64,000 nucleotides of DNA from Podarcis gaigeae (Eukaryota). Below the pieces are notes generated by a model. It was not told where the DNA came from. It made no database searches and saw nothing but the letters and a program-made list of their open reading frames with translations. The stretch is from the NCBI GenBank assembly GCA_964106915.2, contig OZ066915.1; one strand, written 5' to 3'. Positions 14,401 to 25,921 of this stretch are shown here, in pieces; positions within the stretch are counted from its first letter, which is position 1, and each line of letters starts with the position of its first letter. Position numbers and translations under genes: made by a program.

Positions 14401-17400
14401 CAAAGAGGAAGCAGCAGTTATTTGCTTATAGTTAACAAATTAGCATTGTGCAACAACTTACTCTTTTCCTCTCCAAAGTGCTTGAACTGAAATAAATGTT
14501 TATAACATCCACCTGCTAATATCAAAAACCTTGCCCAAAGTATCAAGCAATATGACTACAGTACATGTGGTAGTTTTCACAGCACTGTGGAGAAAATATG
14601 TCCTAAAAAGCTTAGAACTAGAACACACATTTATAAATTGAAACAGTTTAAAATTAGGCTACTTTGGATTGGCAGTATCAGAACATTTAGTCACCTGAGA
14701 CTCAAAGTACTTGTTATGAGGAGTTCTACAATTCTTTCATCCTTGTGCTGGTTAAACACAAAGTAGTCAGGGACAAGGTGGCAGGGGTGGGGACCTGCTT
14801 AATTTTTTCTCATTCAGTAGTTGCTTTAGCTCAATATAATACATGCTCAGCTCCTTTTTTAAGTTGTGATAGAAAAGATGTAGGGTTCCCATATGTTTTC
14901 CCTCTATGGAAGGAAAGTAGCTTGGGGAAGGCAGTTGTGAGCAAAATGACCAGAGGGGAAGAGGAAGCAGTTAAGCAGGTCTCCCCAGGCACCTTTTCCC
15001 ACAGACACAAGTTTGCCCCAGGCTACTTTGGGAATAAAACAAAAGTAGAAATGACATTTTTAATGTATTTCATTTTTCCTCTAAGTTTTAAAGTATCTTA
15101 TGTGGGGGTTTTTTGTCTATCTGATTTTAAGTTGCTCTGGGTTGCCCTGGGCAAGATAAAGTGACGAACAAATTCAATAAATAATAAGAGGAAGAAGAGG
15201 AACAAGAAAAAAAAATAGAATTTACTTAACATAGTTAAAATCTATGATACATAAATACTTTTAGCATAGCTTTTTGTTGCCAGCATGTGCATGCGAGTGC
15301 AAATATTTCTCTTCCGAACTATATTATATGTAAATATGGGATCAGATCAACGTGACCAACATTTTAACAACCTTCATATCACCCTCAAACCAGTTACTCC
15401 ATTCATGACATCACGTAAGAAGTATAACATATTCACCAGCTGTGTTCTGTCATCTCATATGTTCCTTTTATCTTCACTTCTCAGTTCACTCTGTAGACCC
15501 CTAGCCTCGTGCTGTGACCCCCCGTTTGTGTGATTTTCACCTGTAGCCCCCTTGGAATATCCTGGGGCCTTCCAGGGGCCATATGGCCCTCAGATAGGAA
15601 ACACTGGTTTACACAAATAAAATCATTTGTGTGATTTTCACCTGTAGCCCCCTTGGAATATCCTGGGGCCTCCCAGGGGCCATATGGCCCTCAGATAGGA
15701 AACACTGGTTTACACAAATAGCTGGTCTCTAAAAATCCACACATCCACGATAAACAGCCAAAGCTTCACTGTGATGGTTCTGATACAATACTACTTACTT
15801 CTGACAAAAGCACCAGTTACACCAAGGCCAACCCAACTAGCTTCAGCTGTAATTTTTGCCAGATAACCCACTCCAGTTCTATTCCAGTTAAATGTCATCA
15901 CAAATACCAATATGTTTGGGGCCTTTATAATTTTCTTTTGCTTAAAATTAGAGTATCTCTGTTATCTAATCTTGAAGATAATGGTTGCCTTCAATTTGAA
16001 TAAAGTTTTCCTTAAATTTGATTTATTAAACAAAAACTATCTGACAACATTTTAAAGATTTTCCTGATACATAACAATTTATGGATTAGGATTCATCACA
16101 TCACATATTATTAAAATTATGTTTTCCATAGCAAACATTAGATATTGTCTGAAATACTTTTCCAAAGGAAAACTATGTCAGAGAATATCTAATGTTTTTA
16201 CAAAACACAAAAAACCCTCTACAGTATTTCAAAGAACAAGAAGTAGAGATCTCCATCATACTTAACAGCCTTCCCCAACTTGGTACCTTTCAGGTAGAAT
16301 GAGAAATACATACAAGCACGCTATATAAAATTATCATAATAAAACAGCAGTAAAAAGATTTAGGAGTTTACCTGGAAATGGAAACACGCAAATAATCTTA
16401 ATACTCTTACAAACTGCAAATGCCTTCACAACTAGAGTTTATTCATGAAATTCAATTCAGTCACTTTACTTAACAAGTGCAATAATTTCAGTGCACTACA
16501 ACACATATCCATAATCTTTACTACCTATACCAAAGTTCAGGGACAGTAAATTTGATGACAATGTCATTTACCTCAAGAACTTGGACTTCTTATGGAAATA
16601 AAAATGATCTAGATGGTTTCCATCCTTAATCACAATGAATGTGGTATCATGGTTAGACTAGGACCTCTGAGACCAGTGTTCAAAACCATTAAACCATTAA
16701 ACTGACCTCTCAACCTAACTTCACGTGGTTGTTGTGTGAATTAAATAAGGAGGGAGAGAAGCATGTACACCATCTTCAGCTACTTGGAGAACATGGTATA
16801 TAAATGCTATAAATAAATCCATTCTTCTCAGAGATTATTCACACAGGCATAGTAACAGATCAAGAAACATGCAAGTGCCAGCCCATCTCCACCTGGCGGT
16901 ATGCATCTGCTCCTATGCACAGGGCCCAACTTTTGCTTTACCACCACAAAATGTCACTTGAACATTTACTGTGGATGTAGAAGGTTGAACCTTGCATTTA
17001 GCAGATGTACACAACACACTGGCAAACAATTTCAAGTGCCTTTCCTACTCTTACTATGTATCTTGCTATGAAGCACCCAATCAGTGTGTTAAGAGTGTAT
17101 TCATTTTCACAGTTGACTCACAACAGTGAATGCATGATATAAAAGGGTCACCTGGTACAACTATTGAGATCAGACATATTCAGGTTAACTGACACTCAAA
17201 ATACTAAAAATAAGCTACATACAGCAGCTTACATGCCTATTCTGAAATGTGTGACTTCAATTTCACTCACATATTAACTGCTTAAAGACAACGCATCTGA
17301 TATAGAACTGCCTAAATAGAGCAACACACAAGAAAAAAAAGTGGTAAATAGTTAATGGCTGCTGTGTATTTAGCTTTCCCAGTAATATTGGACTAGGTTG

Positions 17401-20096
17401 GTAAATGATCATGATACCAAATTTTAATGATTATACCATTTTTAAACTGCAGTAATTTGGAGGGGTGAAATTTCATAACCTATAATGCTGACTAATTGAA
17501 AGTAGTTGTTTTCTATTTTAAAATAAAACAATTTTTCTAGCAGTCTATAAGCTGTTTAGCCACACTATTTTCCATTCAGTATCAGAAAAGTAGCATACAA
17601 ACAACAGATGAAAGAATTGTTTTAAAACAGTTTTAAAATTCTTTAAATAAAATAAAGCCAACTGGAATAGGGGTTCAGTAAAAAAGTGCCCCTAAAAATT
17701 ATTCAAGTTCTGCCTTTTTTATTCCACCCCACCCCCAAATAAGGAGAAACCTATTCCTGTGATGGAAAAAGGAAGTGATGGAAAAAGGAAGTGATGGAAA
17801 GAGTGATGGAAAGAAGAGTCAAAATAGATAATTTCAGAGACGTAAACTGTCCTTCAGAGGCACAAACTGTCCATATGAGAGGTATGAAATGTCACTAATT
17901 TGTGGACCTCATACTTACACCCCACTCTTCCCAAATGGTAAAATGCAGGAGCACTCTGTGTCCTACTTCTTATTATTTCTGAATTGCTGTCCATGTACAA
18001 GATGCTATTCACCATGGTCCCCCACCTTTCGGTTTGGAGAACTACTGTATATTTATACAGACTTTAGAGTTATCAATACGTTTATGTCACTCAGTTCTTG
18101 TCCTGCAAATGTTCACTCTGTCTGGCTAGAATTGGAGACTGGATGCAGACAAGCTAACTAAAGCTGAATCCAGATAAATAATTATGGCTGAAAATGCTTT
18201 GTGCCCATGTCTATTCCTTGGACATTCAGATATACCTGAATCTAAATTGTACTATCAATAGGTCCTTAACAGTCAAGACAGCATAAAACGAAGAACATCT
18301 ATAACCTCAAACAACTACGTATTGTTTTCTATTAAATTTGTTCCAAATAATCTTTTTAAATGTTTAGGGCATGTCATTCTCAGCATGCACGTAATGTTAG
18401 TTTCACAGGACGAAAAAGGAAAAACCTACAGTATTTAGATGAATTACGCAAGGTTTTAGGCAAACTGTTAACATGCAAAGAGCACAAAAGAAGAAGAAAA
18501 TTAAACAGAAGGTGAGGTATGAAGAAAAAATAGGAAGTAGAAAATGATACAGGCCTAAGGCTGCAATACTATACACATATACCTAGGAGTAAGTCCTACA
18601 ATGAGACTTGCTTATGAGCAAACATGCATAAGATCACATAACTCAGAGTGCTGACAATTAACTGCACAGAAGTACTAAATTAGAACTTATTCACCACTTA
18701 ACGCTTACATGTATGTCCTAATTGCAATTTTAAAAATTAGTTCTATAGCACTTTCCACTTTACAATAGCTATAAAACTGCATACTTAATGTATGTCTTAT
18801 GCTTACATTCCAGAGCAACCATTTTTTCTAAGCAAGTTTTCAACTGTGACAAAAAATCAAGCTACTGTGTAAAAGAATCTGCTAAATATATACAAAACAC
18901 TCTTACAAAACTTAAAACAAATCCTAAGCATCAATTTATGATATCAGATAGAAGAGAACTTTATTGCTCCAAGGTCTTTCAGAACTAAAAAGGTACTCAA
19001 GAGACTGTGAGGTTGAGATTTTTTAAAAAAGACTTACCCATGTGTCTAAATTAATGTAACAGTAATTAATGGATTAACTTTCAAAGGACTAGGAAAAACA
19101 TTCTTTTTATAGAGAGCTGCTATTGGTGGGACTGCCTGTTCTAGATGGAACTTCACTTTAAAGCAAGTTAAACACTAAAGCTAAGACTGACTGGCCTTAG
19201 TCTCAGCTTTGTTTTCGAGGGCCAGATGGCATCCACAGTCAGATTGCTTGCAATTAGTTCCCTGATATGTTGCTTACCTCCTTAGAGGGAAGAACCTTGC
19301 CACTATTATAATGCAAACCTGGAAGGCTGTAGAAATTTGCAGCAGATGCAGAAACCACCACTTCTTGCCTGTTGGCCGAACCTAGTATAATACCATACTA
19401 GATTGTGAGAGGCTTCGAATCAATCTTGTGTTCAATGCCCTTGAATACAAAGAGCCATTTCACACATTACATGGCAGCAAACTCAGATTTACTTCTGAAG
19501 GGCAACTTGACAGGCAGCTCCCAGTAGGCTGAAAAGGAGTGCCTATGATACATGTGTTTTCAACATGTGTGTATGTATTTTAGGTGTACACCAAAAAAAT
19601 GTATAAAATTGTACTACATTCACCCAAATGTACTTCACAGGTCAGTCCACGAACTGACTTTCATAGTTACAGATTGCTTAAATAAGGAAATACGGAAACC
19701 CAACCAGAACCAATGGGCAAGGGAGAAGGCAGAGGGTTTGATAGTTTTTGTGAAAATTTTAATGTACACTGTAAGGAAAGCTTAACAAACCAAAGCCTCA
19801 TTTAAACTAAAGAGAAAGAACCAAAGGAAATCCTTACCTCCATTGATTGGCAGAGGTGCCAAAAGTTGGCCTCTGACAGCTACTTTGGGAGAATCTTGTC
19901 CATAGCGTCCACGCTCAAGTATCAGCAAAGTAGGTGTTGAACGATCAGGACTCAGTACAGTCACATTTATGAGGGCTGTATAATATGCTTGACTAGCATT
20001 ATCTGCACTAGCTGGAAGAGTGTAACAATTAAACAGGACCAAAATGGGCACAGAGGATAAATAGCTCCAATAAGGCAAAACCCACTTTAGGAACAT
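4..20096 (-). CDS. RNF130: RNF130 (Goliath/GRAIL-family PA-TM-RING E3 ubiquitin ligase), 5' part: coding exons 19838-20096, 9837-10028, 7428-7678, 860-931, 4-86; continues beyond window start
   Basis: Joined exons translate to signal peptide, [28 protein letters not shown] domain ([16 protein letters not shown]), TM ([30 protein letters not shown]), [14 protein letters not shown] and RING-H2 start ([21 protein letters not shown]); GT-AG introns with consistent phases. Confidence 0.97.
470..576 (+). mobile_element. 3' tail of an L2-type LINE/SINE
   Basis: GGAAGCCGCCCAGAGTGGCTGGG...CAGATGGGCCGGGTACAAAC followed by an A-rich tail; recalled as a common lizard retroposon end. Confidence 0.55.
860..931 (-). 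CDS. RNF130: RNF130 coding exon 4 (72 bp)
   Basis: ttcag|[24 protein letters not shown]|gtatag. Confidence 0.97.
3346..3523. mobile_element. Truncated Tc1/mariner (Tigger-like) MITE, same family as 31412-31662
   Basis: Right TIR CGAGGTACGACTG followed by TA; body aligns by eye to the 31.4 kb copy (CAAACCCGGAAGTGA...TTCTTTGGAACC). Confidence 0.8.
3531..3960. mobile_element. Non-autonomous hAT-like DNA transposon
   Basis: Starts CATGGGTCGGCAAACTAAGGCCCGGGGGC, GC-rich body, ends near ...GGCCCCTG; explains the local GC-rich ORFs; right boundary uncertain. Confidence 0.6.
4671..4785. mobile_element. Short palindromic MITE (Harbinger-like)
   Basis: GGGTTGTATTCA...TTTTACCCAGAG versus CTCTGGATAAAA...TGACTACTACCC imperfect inverted arms. 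Confidence 0.55.
5459..5498. repeat. (AC)n microsatellite
   Basis: About 20 AC units. Confidence 0.98.
6418..6968 (+). mobile_element. Probable solo LTR in RNF130 intron 3
   Basis: About 550 bp bounded by TGTAAC...GTAACA; TATAAAA at 6787, AATAAA at 6875-6880, T/GT-rich U5-like end; TSD ambiguous. Confidence 0.65.
7428..7678 (-). CDS. RNF130: RNF130 coding exon 3 (251 bp; end of PA domain and transmembrane helix)
   Basis: [14 protein letters not shown]...[43 protein letters not shown]|gtaact. Confidence 0.97.
9837..10028 (-). CDS. RNF130: RNF130 coding exon 2 (192 bp; PA domain)
   Basis: ttttag|(V)[63 protein letters not shown]|gtaaaa. Confidence 0.95.
10340..10452 (-). mobile_element. CR1 LINE 3'-end remnant
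   Basis: TTGGAAG...GGCCATCTTGTCCAACCCC...GGCCATCCAACCTCT is the reverse of the CR1 end seen at 59.1 kb. Confidence 0.65.
10484..10854 (+). mobile_element. Full-length Sauria SINE
   Basis: tRNA-like head GGGACACGGGTGGCACTGTGG...GTTCGAATC, body CCTGCCAACCTAGCAGTTCGAAAGCA, (ACCTTT)n tail; TSD CCAA(T/C)TGCTTGATA at 10468-10481 and 10855-10868. Confidence 0.95.
12900..13058 (+). mobile_element. MIR/CORE-like SINE with L2-type tail (partial); a second degenerate copy at about 16640-16818
   Basis: CTCACTGGGTGACCTTG...CTCACAGGGTTGTGAGGATAAAA...GGGATATAAATGCAATAAA. Confidence 0.7.
13130..13592 (+). mobile_element. RTE-clade LINE 3' fragment (frameshifted)
   Basis: Translates across frames to [15 protein letters not shown]-like, [10 protein letters not shown]...[13 protein letters not shown] and zinc-finger remnant LYSHSRCC, typical of RTE C-termini. 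Confidence 0.8.
15525..15720. repeat. Direct tandem duplication, 95-bp unit x2 with 6-bp spacer
   Basis: 15525-15619 and 15626-15720 differ at one base. Confidence 0.97.
17759..17813. repeat. Short minisatellite (GTGATGGAAAAAGGAA)n
   Basis: Two full 16-bp units plus two shortened GTGATGGAAAGA units. Confidence 0.9.
19838..20096 (-). CDS. RNF130: RNF130 first coding exon (signal peptide and N-terminus)
   Basis: ATG at 20096: [86 protein letters not shown]|gtaagg; start codon inferred from the signal-peptide-like segment. Confidence 0.9.
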
Positions 20097-20479
20097 TTTC
20101 AGCCCTAAAAAAATGTAAATTTTATCTTCAAAACGTCTCTTGAACAAAAGATTATTGTGTGCATAAATGCATGTTATTCCATATCACAATAAAAAGGAAT
20201 TAGAATCGCTACAAGAAGCAAGAGAGCCACCCTGGGTGCCTAGTCCTTTCCATACATTCAGCCACCGGAGGAAGATTAAAATGATATGGATGGTGGGGGA
20301 AAGGATATTTTTTTAAAAAATATATCGGGTTTTAAAAGGTGGAAACGAATCAGAACGAAGAGACCGGGATAATAGCCTAAGCTCTACAGCAGCTGCAAGG
20401 AAGACGAGACACAACAGCTTATTCGAAGGAGACGGGGGGGGGGGGCACTGGGATCCAAATGCTTTAAAAGCAGAGGATG

Positions 20480-21460
20480 GGGCTCCAGAGGCCGAGCAGT
20501 CCGTCACTCGATTCCCGAAGAGAGGGGCAGCTCTGGGCCTGCCAGCTCGCCTCCTGGGGCTTCGCTTTCTACCAAGGAGAAGGATGAAGGTAGGCAGAGA
20601 AGCGCAGGTGGCGGCGGTCGCTCCGGGGGGGCTTCGTATCTCCGGGGGCGGCCGCGGGGAAGGAGCGGCCGACAGTCTCGTCCGAGGGAGGGAAGCAGTC
20701 ACTCAGCGTCGCCGCTCCACCCGAGGGGCACAGAGAGACAGAGAAGGCGAACGGTGCCGCCGCCGCTTCCAGGACAGCCTGCGGCTCGGCAAGGAGAGCG
20801 CTTCGGCGCCGCTGCTTCGGCTGCCCCGGAGCCTTCGGCCCTCCTCAGGCTTGCTGTCGGGTCCCGAGGCGGAGCCCAGTTTCGCGCGCAGCCTCCACAG
20901 ACCCTCCCCAGCCCCAGGCGGTCGACTGCGGCGGAGTCAGGAGCCGCGGAAGCTCCATGGAGGCCGACTCGGCTCCGGCCGCTTCGCGGGTCCCTCCTCT
21001 TCCTCTTCCCACCCCCACCCCCCTCGGTCAGTCCGGCCGCGCGACCAACAGCCGAAAGGGAGCTCGCGGCGCCAGCAGCCCCACCCACCGAGCAACCGTC
21101 AAGCCTTTCCCTTTCCCCCCTCAGCTTGGAAACAACGGCAGCCGGCAGCGCCCGGGCGGGTTCTTACGGCGGAACCACCAACTGCAACCTGCCGGGTAGT
21201 TTCTCGCGCCGCGTGCGCAGGCGCACTGCGCCAACCCGTTGCTCGCCCTCGTCCTCTCCCCCTCCTCCCCCCACGCACCGCCACGAGGAGGTGGGAGGGA
21301 ACTCGAGTGAAAAGTCACACCCACTCCTAGGGGAGGGTGCGCGAGCGTTACAGTCAGGGACTGAGGCAGCGGAGGCGGGGCTAGTTTAAAAATAGTTGGG
21401 TTGCGCTGGATTCTGAGGGAGAGGCGGCAGCGCGGTGGCTGTTTTTGGGGAGCTGAACCG
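20480..21460. promoter_or_regulatory. CpG island / RNF130 promoter and probable non-coding first exon
   Basis: Very GC- and CpG-rich tract in AT-rich DNA just 5' of RNF130; NRF1-type TGCGCAGGCGCA at 21214-21225; GC box GGAGGCGGGGC near 21371; boundaries approximate. Confidence 0.85.
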
Positions 21461-24400
21461 TCGAAAAGGGAAAAGGCAGCCAGGCTCAGGGACAGCTGTG
21501 CATGCGAACTAGCTCCACATCTATATGTATCTTCCTTATATTGCTTTACTGCAACCCCTCCCCCTCCACACACTCATTGGACACTGAGGCAGGACTGGTG
21601 TGTGTGTGCTCCCAATAGAAACTGACCCTTTCTCCTCCGCCGTTACCAGTCGATCGAAGCTGAGTGTCATTATTATGCCCTCTTCCGAGGGAGCGAAAGC
21701 AGGGCAGCAACACCCGTCATGTCCCCCTCAAGCAAATCACTCCTTCGCTCAGTCCATTTACCTCACACCGGCCATTCCATTTCCCAGCCATAAGCCCCCT
21801 TTTCCTTCCCGCATTATGCTGTGCCTTCCACACGTTGACATAATAGTTAACGACACGACACTCCTCCCCGTCATTTTAGGAAGAAATTGCCTCACAAATT
21901 CACTTCTCTGATGAGAGCTAGAAATCCCCTCAGGTTACGCGCCACCCACATTTCTCTGGGACCCAAGTCCCCTCAAGTCCGCATAATTCACCTTGCCTTG
22001 CTCCGGCGGAAGGGCCAAAATCAGTGCTAAAGCTGCACATTCAGAAGGTCCCGGGTCCAGCCTCTTTCATCTCCAGGTAAGGCTGGGAAATATTCCTTTC
22101 TGAAACCCTGCAAAGATTTTGCCGGTTGGTGTAGACCAGGAATACATGCCAGAGGTCGGTGAAGCCTGAGATCCCTCTTACATAGACACACAAACAGCTT
22201 TCCCCCAATCCCTCTTTCTCATGCACGGGCTAAGCTCTGTGTGTGTGTGTGTGTGTTGGGGTCTTATGAGGGTCATTTGCCTGGGCGTCAAGATTTCTTC
22301 TGCACCTCCTTCTGATATGCCTATGTATTAAGTTGTTAGTGAGTGCATAGTGTAAGCACGTCTCTTCTGGCTCCTTTTTAATAAGTTAAAACCTCATATG
22401 CCAAGTTACATTTCATTGGGGTTAAATGTGGCTTAAGCCATATCCTGATAGAAGAGAAACTTTTTGTCCCACTGGCAATATGCTGGCCAGACAGTGGGTT
22501 CACAAAAATGTCAAGCTACAGAAGCTGCCTATTTACCCTCTGCCAGTCTATCTATATAGCACCTTCTGCTCTGTCCCTCTTGATTCAAAGGGAAGAGCCT
22601 GGACTGTATCACCAGCTGCCAAAACCAGAAGAGACTTCCTGACATATGCCAAATATATCCTTAATTATATTGTACCTTTATGTGGGTTTTAACTGGAACC
22701 TGGTGTGAGAGCCAATCCTGACTGAAAAGCAGTACATAAATAAGTTAATATTATGTAGTGCAATCCCATGTATTTTGCCTAGAAGGGACTCTTATCTAGT
22801 TACTTAGGAGTAATACAATTAAACACAGCATAATTTACTTATGAGTAAATGCACTTAGAATTGCACTGTGATTCATTTTACTAAATATAAACATCCCATT
22901 CTTGTTATACCTTGTATCATCAACCAGCTTTTCCTCTCTTGGTGCTTAGTAGTCCTTCATTGTGACTACTGTATTGAGAGTGTGGAGAATGAACACATTT
23001 ACTTCACAGCAGAAGAATGGGCTTAGCATGTGTTTCATCTACATCCACACGTTTCATACATACAGAATACTCATTTGGCTATTATGGGTGCACATTTTTC
23101 AATGTTGGGGTTAAAGATTCATCTCCATCTTGGTCATACACCAATCAATATTTCATAGATGAAGATCAGGGTATCACTGGGGTGGGGGAAGACTTGTGGC
23201 TGTCACCTGTGCTGGCAATAAAGGGGGAGAGGCTACAGAATTTGTCCATGCTGTAGCACAGTTTTTGTTAGAGTTTTAATCAGCCTTCTACAACTTATTT
23301 AAAAATATTTATAGGCTGCCTTTATGACTAAAATCCCCTCCAAGTGGCTTACACAATAACACATAAAAACATTTCCTGAAAATATTAAAACAGAATACAA
23401 TGCTAAAACTTCCAATAAAGCTCACAACATTAATAAAAGCCATAATAATAAATACACATGCATCCCAGGAATAAAACATAATTTGCAGAAGTGCAATGGC
23501 AGCATAAGGTATCACTCATAAATAAGCCACTGAGACTAAGCGGGTTGTCAAGGCCTTTCTGAAGACCTAATAATAATAATTTTTTATTTATAAACAATAC
23601 TAACTGTATAGCAGCCAGCTGGCATTGAATTCTGGAGTCATGGGCTATCACGGAGAAAGCCCTCCACATTGTGCCCACCATCTTGGTGGCATGCAAGTGA
23701 GAATGGCCTCAGTTGTTGGTCATAACATGTGAAAAGATTGGTATTAGTGAATTTGGTCCTTCAAATTACTTGGATCCAATCCCTCTAAGGTTTTAAAAGT
23801 TAAAATTGGCAAATTGGGCTTGGAAAGCACACCAGCAACCAGTGCAAGTGGCACAATAATGGTGTCCTATGACACAAATACTAGCACCCATCAGGATTCA
23901 TGTGGCTACATTCTGAACCAGTTAAAAGTTTCTGAGTCATGTTAAAGGCAGCCCCCCCCCCCACATTTCAATAGTCAAGCCTAGCTTGCCTGTGAGAAGG
24001 GCATGGGTTACTGTCTTAACTTTCCAGAGAAGGTTGCAGTTGGTGCACCAGCAGATGCACCATATACATAAATAATACCACCACATGTAACAATGGTAAA
24101 GTAGTTGTAATTTTGTTCATCAATATGGAACATCCCATTCATGTGAATCTATCTTGAGATTAGTATCTACGGTCTTGCCTTGGCCCTGCCATTATCAGAA
24201 ATACTAGAAACAGGGTCCTCTCAGGGGTGGCTCCCTGACTGTGTATCTCACTACCTAGTGAGATTTGCCAGCACCCTCACTCACAGACTTTAGGTATGTG
24301 CTAAAGACTAGCCTGAGTCTGAAGGCCTTTTAACTGTCATATTGGACTCCTGTTTTATATAGCTGTTGGGTTGTTGTTTTTTGTATTGCTTGCTATATTT

Positions 24401-25793
24401 AATTGGTTTTAACTTGTATTTATTCCAATTTATTCTTTTAAATTGCTTTCTGAAGGCTTTTTGCTCTGAAAAGTGGGTACACAGATAAATAAAATAAATA
24501 TGCATGAAACCACTCCGGATCACTTTTTATGTCCTCAGAAATGGATGCCACAAAAAATCCAAAAAGAAAACTCAGAAGCAACCTTCCATCTAACATTTAT
24601 GATGGTTAAATACACTGTTTTATTTTTTATTTTTAGTATTTGTTGCAGAAAATATGTGTGTTTTGAAGCAAATAACCACCTGTCTGCTCTGCAGAGACAT
24701 GTCCTGCCTAGTTATTTTGTTAGCAGCAATGGAAAGCCCCACATTGAGAGCAATTATTAATCTTTAGCAGTGTGGTTAAATGTTTCCTTTTGGAGAAGCT
24801 AATGTGTTTGTTGTGAATGATACACTTGATCACCAGTGTGAGGAATCTAGCAGCAAATTGCATTGTGCTAGTTTAATTTTTCCTTTAATGAGGGCCAAGT
24901 TTCTCTCCTCTTCTTGGGTGGCTTTCAACAAATGCAGTACGCATTGTGCGTGCTTGTGAGAGCAAACATTGACCCACAAAACCCACTAAAGGCAGATAAC
25001 TTGTGGATCTGTAAAATCCTCAGAGATGTCATTTATGAAAAGCTCTATAGAAATGTCAATATAATACAGGAAATGTTTTTGAAGTGGTAGCTGAATGTTC
25101 TGCTTTCACATCACATCTCCCCCACCCCCCACCCCCGTGCTTGGGAAATGCAAGGTGATGAACCACAGTGGGTCCACTAATGGCCTTTTAAGCATTCTGC
25201 AAAAACTCTTCATCCTGTACTCAGGGGACTATGCAGCAACAAAAATGACAAATATTCACATTTCACTAGTGTCCTTCACAAGAAATATTTACTGTGTCTA
25301 ACAGTGGGCAGATTGCTTGACAACGTTTAATGTTTTCCATGCGTCTTTGTTATTGAAAATAATACACTTATTATTTTAACAGAAAAATGGGTTCCTGTAT
25401 TTGTTCTGTCACAGGAATCAGGAGACAGCTCTGTGGGAAAACAGCTTGCATTTTATAGCAAAATTAGAACAACCTTATTAGTTCATGTCTAGCCCACTTG
25501 CATCTGCTTTTACTTGAAGCTATAAGAAAATAATAGAGCTATAATGAACCGATCCATTTTCTATCGTTGTACTACATTCTATAATGAGTGTTTGTTACTG
25601 TACATTCCATCTTGTATCTGAATTCACACAGATGACTGTGACCAGCTGCAATGCCTAGCAGATCTTGCTAGATCCTTCTGACTACAATGAATATTTTTAT
25701 ACCTGTTACATACTATAGGTGGTCAGACTCTTGGTCCATCTAGCCTATTACTGAATATTCTGTCTGGGAAAAGTTATTTCAGATCCCAGAAAG

Positions 25794-25921
25794 NNNNNNN
25801 NNNNNNNNNNNNNNNNNNNNNNNNNNNNNNNNNNNNNNNNNNNNNNNNNNNNNNNNNNNNNNNNNNNNNNNNNNNNNNNNNNNNNNNNNNNNNNNNNNNN
25901 NNNNNNNNNNNNNNNNNNNNN
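25794..25921. other. Assembly gap (128 N)
   Basis: Run of N. Confidence 1.

Noticed and set aside
20313-21573. Several long overlapping ORFs (up to 248 aa) in the CpG island
   Set aside because: Low-complexity Arg/Pro/Ala/Gly content open in many frames on both strands, as expected from stop-codon scarcity in GC-rich DNA; no recognisable domain
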